Of a stretch of 64,000 nt of DNA, positions 1-11,458 are shown in pieces. A program made the translations under genes and the position numbers. The notes below the pieces were generated by a model. It did not search any database and was not told where the DNA came from. It saw only the letters and a list, made by a program, of their open reading frames with translations. How positions within the stretch are numbered: the first letter of the stretch is position 1; each line of letters begins with the position of its first letter. Origin of the DNA: Leptogorgia sarmentosa (lineage: Eukaryota); assembly GCA_964658305.1 (NCBI GenBank), contig OZ210885.1, positions 25,358,001 to 25,422,000 of the forward strand, written 5' to 3'.

Positions 1-501
1 CAGGACTTAATCAATTCCCTAAATACGTTTGTATGCCTTCTCTATAATAATGAAGTCTCAACACATGAGATGATGAATGCAGATACAATCCTATTCAAAT
101 CTGGCAAATGCTCAGATGAGACACTTCCACCAAACTTTGACAGCCTACAGAAGCATATAGAGAGGGCAAATTTCCAAGCATATATATGGAACCGGTGTTT
201 GTCTGCAAATCTTGACCTTCCACTTTCCGAAAATAATGGATGGCTGGTTTCAAATGATCAACTACAAATTTCGTGGATGACAAAGCCAGATGCCCCTGAT
301 TCACTTCTAGAGTTGGTCCAGTGTAAGTGCAAAACTGGCTGTGAAACAATGCAATGCTCCTGCCTTAAGTCGGGGCTGAAATGAACAGATTTCTGCCAGT
401 CTGTATCCTGCCACAATGGTAAAGAAGATGATTCAGATGAAGATGATGATGAATTAAGCGACAGTTGTTGCCATATTAATGAGGAAGAAGATGATGACTG
501 A
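1..501 (+). pseudogene. C-terminus of an Academ-type protein (Cys-rich CXC/TCR-like finger, acidic tail)
   Basis: ORF 70-384 ends CKCKTGCETMQCSCLKSGLK*. The TGA at 382-384 sits where a Cys is expected, and the frame continues TDFCQSVSCHNG plus a D/E-rich tail to 501. Confidence 0.65.
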
Positions 502-1634
502 TAAAAAATTGGAAAGGGATAAAGGTAAGCTATAATTGAAAATACTAATGGCTAATGTTAATCCAATTATTTAAAAACATGGCCATTGTAGGTAGCAGAT
601 AACAGCATGAACAAACAGCAATAGTCGCACTCACTACCTAAATGTTAAAAGACATTTGACATTTCAAGTAAAGGCCCTTAATTAATTCCTGACAAACACT
701 ACTAATTCCCGACGAAGGGCCTTCAACCTTTAATCTGTTTTATTGTTTAAGTAGTGAGTGAGAATATTGCTGTTTGTTAAATCCACTTATTTGAGTATCA
801 TCGGTTGGTGTACTGCAATTTTACAGTTTTCAAGGATACCCAAGTCCAACGTTCTACAACTACAGATTGGATGGATGGCTTTCTGAAGTTAAGAACAAAA
901 TGTTATATTCATACCATTTAATCTATACGAAGTTATGGTCTGGTCAAAACAGGTGAAACAGCCCATCATTAGATTCGACCACTCACAGTTCTGACTCACA
1001 ATCCGATATCCTTTCTTTCATATACTTTCTTTCAAATATTCCGCCAAAAACGGTCAAAACGGTTCGATAATTCGTAAATATAAATATTCCCACAAAACAA
1101 TTTTATCCGCCATATTTACTGTCTGCAACATAGTGCGCCACCGGTCTACGAGGAACTTTATGTAAACGACGATGTAGGCGGGCAAATTATGAAATAAACA
1201 GACAAAATGGCAGCATAACAGAAGGATTACTCAAAAACTGCAGGGTTTTGGACGTTAAAAAACTTTGACGATCAACTGAACACAATACACCTTATGGATA
1301 ATGACATCACAAGAATTGATTCCCGCAAGGAGTAGTCATCGGTTGACTTTACCAGTCAAACAAAGTGATACACAATCATTAATGGGGAAAGATAAATTAC
1401 TTTATACCGTATATTCTTATTACTCATTACATTTAATTAATTCTATTATTTTTTTCTAACATTACTAACCTTCAGCATACTTGTATCTCCACATAATACC
1501 CGAAACTCCTCTTCACTGGTGGCATGCAAAACCTTTGGGCATAAAATTGAAACATGTGAGGAAAAGACCAAAATGTATATGACAAACCAATTTTGGTGCA
1601 AGGTGCAGCTTGGCAGGGGAGGGGCATGGGTCTA
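1..1634 (+). mobile_element. 3' remnant of an Academ-like DNA transposon
   Basis: Carries the LPP..SLQKHIERANFQAYIW...GW...Cys-rich C-terminus typical of Academ proteins. A candidate terminus ...GGGGCATGGGTCTA ends at 1634 (Academ ends TAG..CTA). The other end lies outside the window. Confidence 0.55.
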
Positions 1635-2130
1635 TGTCCTCACTACGAGTGTTTTTCAGAGGCCGCAAAAGGTTTTAGAGGTTAGCAAAACTGCATTAAA
1701 TAAAACCAAAATGAAAATCAAGAGCAGCACAATTAAAGAATGTTTCAAAAAATCCCTCCTCTTGAAAATTTATAACAAGGGGTTTGTGATTGGCTTTAGG
1801 AAACAAAAATGATCATTGTGCATGACTTGTTCTTTAGAAAGTCGCATGTTCTAGACCGCACTCCGCAAAGTAGTTATTTATCCGCATTTTACAACATTTT
1901 GCAACGAAACTTCGGAATATTACTGATTTTGTGATGCTCTTTCAAGCTGTGATGAAATTTTTGTCTAGATCGAAGTTTTGTTTGTTAGGGAATAGGTCCA
2001 TTGGCTGTAGCACTTTACAATAACTCCTACAATTATGCAAAGTCCACCTTCACTGTAGTCAGTGGTAACTTTGTTCTGACATTTTGTGAACAAAATCTGA
2101 TAATTATGTATGATTAGCTACTAAATTTAC

Positions 2131-3555
2131 CTTTAGAATGCACTGCCTACTTTCAAAATCTGGCACATCCCAAGGATCACAGTGTGCCATTGCACTGACA
2201 ACATCACCTGTTGCCAGGTAATAGTAACAAGGTAATGACAAAAATGGAAAACCTGGTCCACCTTGAGCAATACTGTGGGCAATAATTTTTCCAACTATTT
2301 CTAAAAGGCCAGAAAAGACCATTTGTGGACTATGAGTTGGGCATTTCCTGTTATACTCTCCTACAAACATCATCTTCTCATTTACGAATATTGAGAATAG
2401 ATCTGTATAGAACTGTCTTAGCACGCCTCCACCATCTATTGCTGGCTGTTCATCAAATGTGACTCGTAAAGGCTGTTCTGGGTTAAATTCTGAATTCTTA
2501 TAGAAAGAAATGGCATCATTGAACAGATCATTAACATCAACAGTTAACTTTGCTGGTCTGGTCTTCATTCTCTCTTTCAGCTTTGGTAAGATTTCAGAAA
2601 GGCATGTTGGCGGCTTCTCAAGGTTTTCATCTTCAGCGGGCTCAAGCAGGCTATCAAGAGTAGAGTTAATATCACTTCCATGTCTCTGAAAAGCATGAGC
2701 AATTGTTTCTGCAGATGTACCAGGAAGCATTTCTTGTAACCAATCGTCAACAATGACATTGTTATTTGGTGGAATCTGCAAATGACCGACCTGGACTGGG
2801 CTACTATGATTGGCTAAGTCATGCATTTTGGTATGGTTGCTGTATGAAGGAGCCTGCTCTTGATCACATCTAGGCGATATTCTTTGGGATATTTGCACAT
2901 CTGGAGTACCTGTGATATTCACTCTTTCTACAGGTACTTCCTGCCTCTGTGTGGATGGTTCATCCGCAATAATTTCCAGGGCTTCACAGGGAACATTTAA
3001 ACGCACATACAACTTGCCTTGACCACACAGTTCTTTTACTTGCTTAAAACCCCATTTGTGAGTGGCTTTCACAACTGGCGTCACCACTCGATTTCTCTCC
3101 CGTTTTACAAAATCAAAAAGACCAGTTGTTATTGTTGGAAATTTCTGTTGTAGAATCTTTGAAATTTCCTTCAGTATATCTGCTTCAGAATACGATGTAC
3201 CAAGATCACAATAGCCTTTTAGTATAATCATGTCATCAACAAGTGAATAATCGGGAAGGTACAACATCGGTCATCAAATTCATCAGGTGGTGCATCAAGT
3301 AGGCACACTGATTTGATGACAACTTGGTTGGGCTTTGCTTTGGTTTTTGTCTTTTTAAAATGCCATGGATGGGATGGAGTGCTCCCTGGTCTTTTAGATG
3401 ACAATGTACTTGATGATGGAGTTGAACTTAGCAATGGACTAGATGTGTGAGGGTCTGTTGCAGACCACATGGAAGAGGTCATTCCAATTTCACGCCTGCC
3501 CTCATACTCACGACATGCTGAGGTTGTAGACCTTGATAGTAATAATGTTAGGTTC
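2131..3555 (-). pseudogene. HECT-type E3 ligase-like gene fragment (G2E3-like N-lobe, CUE/UBA-like domain)
   Basis: ORFs 3228-3569 and 2104-3267 are joined by a frameshift. They show CUE-like LQEMLPGTSAETIAHAFQRHGSDINSTLDSLL and HECT N-lobe motifs LRVTFDEQPAIDGGGVLRQFY and GKIIAHSIAQGGPGFPFL. No C-lobe exon was found. Confidence 0.75.
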
Positions 3556-3726
3556 ATTGTGAGACACATGTGTTACTAGGTTTTTTCCAAAGTTTCATGT
3601 TACAAAGCTTAGCTTTACTGACGATCTTGTTCTCATATGTAAATAATGATTTAACCCAGTTATATGTTTGTAAATAATGTAATATTGTGATATGGTAAAT
3701 ACATGTATTAATTTTGCCCATGTCCT

Positions 3727-4391
3727 CATAGGTAGCCCAACGCACCCATGACATAACATCCAGTAGTATAATATGATAAGGTTGGCAATTAAACAATAAT
3801 ATGACTCGCTACCGCTTAAAACAAAGCGAAAAAATCAACCTTTTGCGAACAAACTTCGCTAAAAAATAGCAGCCACTACTTCTAGGATAGTATTACTAAA
3901 TATATACAACGTTTTTTGGCAACAAAACGTGTGAAAAAGTCGAAAAAATACGAAAAGTTTCTCTTAATTTGCCGTGTCTCGATGCTGGATGCCTGTTGCC
4001 GTGCAAAAATTGCCGTTTGAAATAACGAATACGCGATCCTATTGGTGGGCTATTTTGTCGGTTTACTCATAACCAATAGGATCGCGTATTCGTCATTTCA
4101 AACGGTAATTTTTGCATGGCAACAGGCATCCAGCATCGAGACACGGCAAATTAAGAGAAACTTTTTGTATTTTTTCGACTTTTTCACACGTTTTGTTGCC
4201 AAAAAACGTTGTACATATTTAGTAATATTATCCTAGAATTAGGGGCTGCTATTTTTTAGCGAAGTTTGTTCGCAAGAGGTTGATTTTTTCGCCTTGTTTT
4301 AAGCGGTAGCGAGTCATATTATTGTTTACTTGCCAACCTTATCATATTACACTACTGAATGTTACGTCATGCGTGCGTTGGGCTACCTATG
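3727..4391. mobile_element. Fold-back MITE, probably P superfamily
   Basis: Near-perfect 665-bp palindrome with ends CATAGGTAGCCCAACGCAC...GTGCGTTGGGCTACCTATG. 7-bp TSD ATGTCCT at 3720-3726 and 4392-4398. Confidence 0.85.
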
Positions 4392-5675
4392 ATGTCCTGT
4401 GAGGGTTGTTTGCATCGAGGGGCAAATTATTCTGAAAATCTTTGTACACTTCACCAAATATAAAAAAAATCTTTGGAACAATCCCTACATCTTACTAAAT
4501 CCCAGTGTAGTAACCAAACTACTACAAGATGCCCCCAATCAGAAATACACAACCAATAAAAAGCTCTATACTTTAATTTGTTATCGACTTGTCCGTTTTC
4601 TAAATAACGAACAATTATAAATAATAAATTCTACGTATCCTAAGTATAAATCCTAAATATAAACACTAACTAAATACAAACTTCTTACCTCACATTGAGG
4701 GAATTGCTCTCACTAATATATTGCACAGGTTATTCTCCATCCTCAAGTAGACCAAAATTCGCCGTTATATTATTTACTCTTGAGCCTGCACACTGCAGCT
4801 CCTACTAATCATGAATATAACATAAATTGTAATTTGGGCTCTACACCCAGAATCACAAGAAATCTCTAAAAGTTGCATAAAAGACCAATAAAATCCTCAA
4901 AATTATTGCAATATTGAGAAATCCCATGAAATTTAAACATTTAAATCATGCGTCAAAATGCCCTTCGTTGATTTACTTTATTTTAAAAATAATTCGACAG
5001 ATATATGTCACAAAAGAATATTTCGAAAACATCAGCTGAAAAAATCCCCAAATCCCTTAAATTTGGGGGAAAAATCCAGAATAATTGTTAAAAATTGCCT
5101 GCCTGGATTTTATCTCTCGGTTTTCATGCAGCATGCTCAAATTTCCCACTTACTGGTAATAAATTTTCATTTAGTATCTCATCTATGCTACAAATAAAAT
5201 GAACTTACTACACTAATCGTACTATAAACGCAACACATTGGAGTACACAAGCGTGCCCTTTGGCCGCGTGCCCTTCCCATAGCAATTTTCACAAAATATA
5301 TCAACACACACAAAATATAAACGCATGCACAAAATATAAACGCACGCACAAAATATAAACGCACCCACGCCTCCTTGGAGAATCCATCAACCGTGTGCTC
5401 ATCGATCAAGCCGTCAACATGTGGTACGCATTGTTGAATCGACAGTTTAATTACGGCAGTTTTGATACATTTTACTGATAGAAACCGTGATGTTCTGTAC
5501 CAGATGTGGAAAAAAGTCTATTGATGGCGCTTTGTTCTGCCACAAATGAGGTACGCATTTGATGTTCTCCATTTCGAGCCGAACAAGTGGTGTACACGAG
5601 GCAACAACTACCACTTCGTCAACCATGCCAAGAAGACTGCCAGTCGCCCTTCAGTTACACCAGTCAATTATAATA

Positions 5676-6261
5676 CAGGGTGTCTCAAAAAAAAGGTAAT
5701 CGAACTTTGGCATGCCATTGTGCGTTTATTACTGGGTGTACGAACGTGATTTTTGCATGGTCATAAAGATCAAGGTCTTAGCAGTTGAATGACATATTTC
5801 TTGTACGATATGGAAGAAAATCAGGCAAATGCGAGCGTGTTGAAAAATCTCAGTGAAAAACGCATTCTTTCACCTCTGTGCCTAATTAAAGCAGTGCATA
5901 ACAAAAGAAAAATGCAATTCATCACGAATGTGTCATGGTAAGAAAGATTTTATCAGGATTATTAATAATTATGCATAATCAGGTCGATTGTTGAAGGGAA
6001 GGTCGTCATCTTCGAGTCCCAGAGGGAGTTAATTTTGAATAAGTTTAGCTGCAATTCTCAGAGGTGAAAGAATGCGTTTTTCACCGAGATTTTTCAACAC
6101 GCTCGCATTTGCCTGATTTTCTTCCATATCGTACAAGAAATATGTCATTCAACTGCCAAGACCTTGATCTTTATGACCATGCAAAAATCACGTTCGTACA
6201 CCCAGTAATTAACGCACAATGGCATGCCAAAGTTGGATTACCTTTTTTTTGAGACACCCTG
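5676..6261. mobile_element. Tc1/mariner-type MITE
   Basis: ~200-bp TIRs starting CAGGGTGTCTCAAAAAAAAGGTAATC, flanked by TA on both sides. Confidence 0.9.
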
Positions 6262-7486
6262 TACATCTGCGCCAAAGGTATTGGCAGCTGTAACTGGACC
6301 GTCAATACTAACATTCACTGATTTCTAACGATGTAAGGAAAGCAATAGAAGAAGCCAGTTTCAACCGAAGCCTGGTAGGAAACGACGGTAAAAATTAAAA
6401 TTGGCATCATAACCTACCGCCCTGAACATGGGGAATTAAAAGTTAGCAGAGGCTCTTCGACCAACCATACGGTCATTGTACCTCCTTCGTTTGGGACCAA
6501 TGAACTTATTCAGAAGGCAGTCAAAAAACACAGCCGGTTCAACAACAAATTGTCCGACCGACCCCAGGAATACCACCTCTTGTACCCAGATAAGACAAGG
6601 GTGGGTAAACTGCCAGGCACAGACCAGGATTTTACACTTGCACGGTTCAAAGAAGAACTCAGAAAGCCTTACGACAGGATCACATTAATATCATGCTATC
6701 TCACTTTTGTAGATTGTCGTTACAGTTTAAATTAGTATTGGAATGTAAATATTTATATTTGCATAATTTTCATGTCACTGACTCACCTTGCTATGAGATC
6801 TCGAGTCCTATGCATAATGGAGCATGTGGTTAGCCTGCATAGCGGGCGTTAGGCAGGTGCTCGAAGGGCGGGCTAAATATGAATTTTTCGAAATTTTCAT
6901 CCAAGTGGATACAGTAACACTGTGACACCGACCGAACAGCATGACACGAGTTCTTGAATGAATATTTTTGTCGAAGTTGAATGAATATTTTTGTTGAATA
7001 TGAATAAAACTTGAATGAATATTTTTGTTGAATATGAATAAATTTGTTAAAGTTGAACGAATATTGTTGTTGAATTTTGAAACAAATCGCTAACCATACC
7101 CCTTTGTTTACGATTTATTTGAAACAATAAATATCATTATAGAAATTTACAATTTGGATAATTTTTTTAGCTGGACATCTTAATATCCTCGTGAATATCT
7201 GTAGTAGCTTATGTTATATGTTACGGTGGCTCACAACACACAAAATATCAGAATAACACTAACAAATTAATAATAAAGCACACACAATAGGTAAACACAC
7301 ACACAATATGTAAACTCACACACAAAATATAAATACACACCTGCAAAAACTGAAAATACACACACAAAATATGAATGAAATATAAACAAATAATGCACAG
7401 GTTCTTGATATGCATGATATACAATGAAATAATGAAATTAGTAAAAGCTCTGATTTGACACTATTAAAACACTACACACGACATAC

Positions 7487-8162
7487 CTGAAAAGAATTCA
7501 CGCCTTGGCCCACCATCATCAATGGCAGGCTCTCTGATAAACACAACTGTTAACTTGTTTTGTGGAGAAAACCATGAGCACCTGGTACGCTTATTAAAAT
7601 AATCATCCAGCACACTCTTTCTTTGGACATATAATCGGTTCACTGACGTGCCAAGCTTTCCTTGAAGCCCAATTATAACATTACAACATGTTGTCACCTT
7701 TTTCTGGGTTTTCATTTTCCACAGCAAGCACTGACATTGCTTCGGAAGGTTCTTGTTCAATGCTATCATTGGAATATATGATGTCTGACATGAGGTTTAC
7801 ATAGTGCTGTTCAGAACCAGTCCACAATGATTCAGCACACATATCAGCATGCTCTTCAATCTCATGATTTGCAAACTTTTCATGACATGTGGGGCAGGAT
7901 ATACTTTTCATGACATGTGGGGCAGGATATACTTTTCATGACATGTGGGGCAGGATATCCTTTGGGATGCTGGAATTGTAGGTTGTGTTGACTCAACAGG
8001 TGTGGTCATCATGTTAACAGAAGAAATAGCATCGCTCTCTTCTCTGGTCGACACTGTGTTTGAAGACAGATGATGCATTGTGGTATTCATGATGGTACTG
8101 TCATCATCAGAATAATTTTCTTCACTCCACGTCTGTGTCTTCTGCCTCTGCAGAATTATCAT
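7487..8162 (-). pseudogene. Fragment of another HECT-type ligase gene with a UBZ-like zinc finger
   Basis: ISCPTCHEKFANHEIEEHADMC (C-x2-C-x11-H-x3-C) and KLTVVFIREPAIDDGGPRREFFS. Frameshifted, partly by a 28-bp unit repeated three times (7877-7958). Confidence 0.7.
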
Positions 8163-8825
8163 CTGAGTTAGTTTGGCTGAGCCTTGTAATTGCGCTCACG
8201 AGGTTGGACAAGCTCTGAAGATATCTACGAGCAGCCATATTTACATATTACAATCAAGGCGCACTTTCGCCAAATTTCTCGCGCCCTTCTCCCGCCAAAC
8301 TGTAAATTCGATAATACCGGGAAAAAATGTCGGTTTATATTTGGGAATCAGTTTCATCAGTGCATATATTAACGAAATAATCGTTTATATTTGAGACAAA
8401 TTGATTTATATTTACGGAGGTACTGTCATATATATTTTCACATTTGCTTTATATATTCTGAAAATATTTCTTTCATATAAGAAATCTCTTCATTTTTTTC
8501 AATTGATTTATATATAGTCGGCATTTCTTTAGTATATTTGTGTTGCTGTTTATATTTTTAGAGTTTCGTACAAATTACTTTATATGTTTCATATATGGGT
8601 GCTAATTAATTTTGTCCATCTTCACGCGTCATACTATGCCTTCATCATCCCAACATGAACCAGATTCTGCAATGTAAGACTATAACTACTACTTACAAGT
8701 CTCTTGACTACAGCAATACAAAACTGCATGCACAAACCGTAATTCTGGACTTGCTAATCTTGTTATATTTGTATATTTTTGCTGAATAGGTTTAACCAAA
8801 GCAGCATTCTTGACAAGGATAACTA

Positions 8826-10413
8826 AACTGTGTTTCTCACTTTATTGCAGATCATAATATTACATAAAGTACATAATACTTCAATAATAATAAACCGCAA
8901 AAGTTTGAAATTTTGCACACTGAAAGAGTACTCCTAAGTAGGTAAGCTATCAAAATATTTTGCAAATATATACTATATTTCTAAAGTAATAGAGATTTAT
9001 GTATTTGTTAGCTATTTTCACTGTTTCTCGCTTTATTGCAGGTTTGTGAAAATGCCCAAAAATCGACGTTTGACTGCAACTGAAAGGCAAAGGGTTGTAG
9101 CTGGCCTTGCAGAAGGATTTAGCCAAGGAACTGGGAAGGGATAAGAGAACCTTGGTTTCTTTTGTGGAGAAGCCCAACACTGCACCAAGGAAAGATAAGG
9201 GTACGAGAAGGAGCATTACCCCTCGTGATATGCGAAAAATACGCAGACAGATCATTAGGGAACCAAATGGCACTAGCGCCTCCATTTTCGCGAAAGCTGG
9301 CGTTGTTCCGATGTCCAGAAAGACCAGATGCAGTGTCTTGAATGAGATGGCCAGGAACGTGAAGCCCATTTCCAGGCCTCCCTTGAACAAAACGCATAAG
9401 GAAAAACGCATTGCGTGGGCAGAAAAGTACATGAAAACGGACTTCCAACAGGTTCTATTCACAGATGAAGCTAGAGCCACACTTGATGGTCCGGATGGAT
9501 GGGCTAAAGTTTGGAGTCCTACCGGAGCTGCTATCCCACATCGCGTTCGTCGTCAACAAGGTGGCGGGGGAGTTATGTTTTGGGCGGATATCATGGGTGA
9601 TAAATTAGTTGGACCTTTCCGAGTGCCAGAGGGTGTGAAACTCACCAGCCAAGCATACATATCGTTCTTGGATGAGCATTTGTCACCCTGGTTGGACGAC
9701 CTGCCTTTGCTTCGTCTACGTCAACTGATTTTTATGCACGACAATGCTCCCTCTCATGCAGCAAAGGCTACGACTTCCTTCCTCGCATCTCTGGGCATCA
9801 AGGGAGAGACTCTCATGACTTGGCCGCCTTGTTCTCCTGACTTAAACCCTATTGAGCAGCTCTGGTCAATTTTAAAGAGGGAGGTTTATGAAGGAGGACA
9901 ACAATTTACATCAAAAGATGCCCTCTGGAATAAAATTGTTTATGTGGCAAGTAGAATAACACCTTCCCAAATCAAAACATTGACTTCATCTGTTGATCGG
10001 AGACTGCAGAGGGTAATTTCAAGAAATGGGAGTTTTGTTGATAAATGATTTCCTTTAAATGGAAACATTTTGTGGTGCATATCTGGTGAATTCTTCCTTA
10101 CATTTCATTGATGTCATATTGTTACTTATGATTTAAATTATTAAAATAATTCACCCTGCTAAGTTGAATTATGGTTTTATTACCTATGAACTGTATTTTC
10201 ACAAATCTGCAATAGAGCGAGAAACAGTGAAAATGGCTAACAAATACATAAATGTCTATTACTTTAGAAATATAGTATATATTTGCAAAATATTTTGATA
10301 GCTTACCTACTTAGTAGTACTCTTTCAAGTGTGCAAAATTTCAAACTTGTGCGGTTTTTATTATTGAAGTAATTAATAATATTATGATCTGCAATAAAGC
10401 GAGAAACACAGTT
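8826..10413 (+). mobile_element. Tc1-like transposon, DD37E (TRT-like), IR/DR-type long TIRs
   Basis: TA at 8824-8825 and 10414-10415. TIRs of ~210-225 bp (8826-9050, ~10200-10413) each carry an outer and an inner copy of TGTTTCTC(A/G)CTTTATTGCAG. Confidence 0.92.
9052..10048 (+). pseudogene. DD37E Tc1 transposase with one N-terminal frameshift
   Basis: FTDEARATLDGPDGW, RRQQGGGGVMFW and HDNAPSH...WPPCSPDLNPIE, with 37 residues between the second D and E. The ATG at 9052 (MPKNRRLTATERQRVVAGLAEG) is out of frame with ORF 9107-10048. Confidence 0.88.
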
Positions 10414-11458
10414 TAGGTTGATATAGGTTGTACATTGCATATACATATCTGGGTTGAATATAATGTTTATGTTTCTAATGTTTGACGAAGTGAGTGAATT
10501 TTCAATTGTCAACTTGTACTGTACATATTATTTAGATCATATGTCAGCATCTTGGTAGAATCTGACGAGGATGATTTAATTGAACCACCCAACCTGTTTT
10601 TGCAAACAGAAGAAAGGGATGCAAGGTTAAATATTAATTTCTCTCCTTTAGCATAAGTAAATATTAATGCTTAATAATTTATATATGTGTATACACTTGC
10701 CACATGCCAAGACCTGTCCAGAGTATGAAAATATAGCAGCTATGTTGCATAATACTAATAAAGATTTCACTGAAAGAACCTGATTACTAATTATATTTTC
10801 AGTGAGGCTGACTATGATACTGAAGGAAGAAGAAACCTAATAAATGTTCGACAAAGCCATTGCTGGAAGGATGCACTCAATAAATTGTCAAGGCCAGATT
10901 TCATTTCTGAAAGGAATTTAAGTGTTAAATTTGCAGATACCATGGGTGCTTCAGAATTGGCTGTTGATGTAGGTGGACCAACACTCAAATTTCTACGGCT
11001 CTCTGTTAAAGACATGTACTGTACCTCTGGTATGTTTGGCGGTTTAGACAAGCAGCTTGGTTTGGTCCCAAACTCGGAAGGTAATAATATAGCAGCTGTT
11101 GTTAAAGAAATTATACACAGCACTCATCCTTAGACATCCAGTTTTGTTACATATGTTGGTGGCAGTATATAGTATGTAGTACATCACACGAGGCAGATAA
11201 TTGCATCAGCTACCCCCTTGATATATTGCACAGTATTTATTGTCCATTTTCCATCACTTGTCAAATTTATTAATTCCTGCAACAATTTATTTCAAGCTCA
11301 TTCAAAGAGGCACTACTTTATGGCTGGTAAATTATTAGCTATATCACTGTGCAATGGAGGAGTTACAGGAAACTGCCTATCAAAGGCTGTTTTCCAATAC
11401 TTAGTGGATGGTGAAGAAACAGGCATTGTCAATGCAACAGTCGATGAAGTCCCTGACT

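Larger units (their letters stand above)
5490..11458 (+). pseudogene. Multi-exon HECT-type E3 ligase-like gene, disrupted by several insertions
   Basis: Starts MFCTRCGKKSIDGALFCHK* (zinc ribbon with a nonsense codon). It continues with YHLLYPDKTRVGKLPGTDQDFTLARFKEELRKPYDRITL (6550-6690) and HECT N-lobe exons LSVKFADTMGASELAVDVGGPTLKFL (~10803-11080) and YFMAGKLLAISLCNGG (~11297-11458). It is cut off by the hAT at 11459. That all exons belong to one gene is inferred. Confidence 0.6.

Noticed and set aside
1848..2001. Segment resembling one arm of a common MITE
   Set aside because: Only one arm is present in the window and there is no TSD, so it cannot be supported from the sequence alone.
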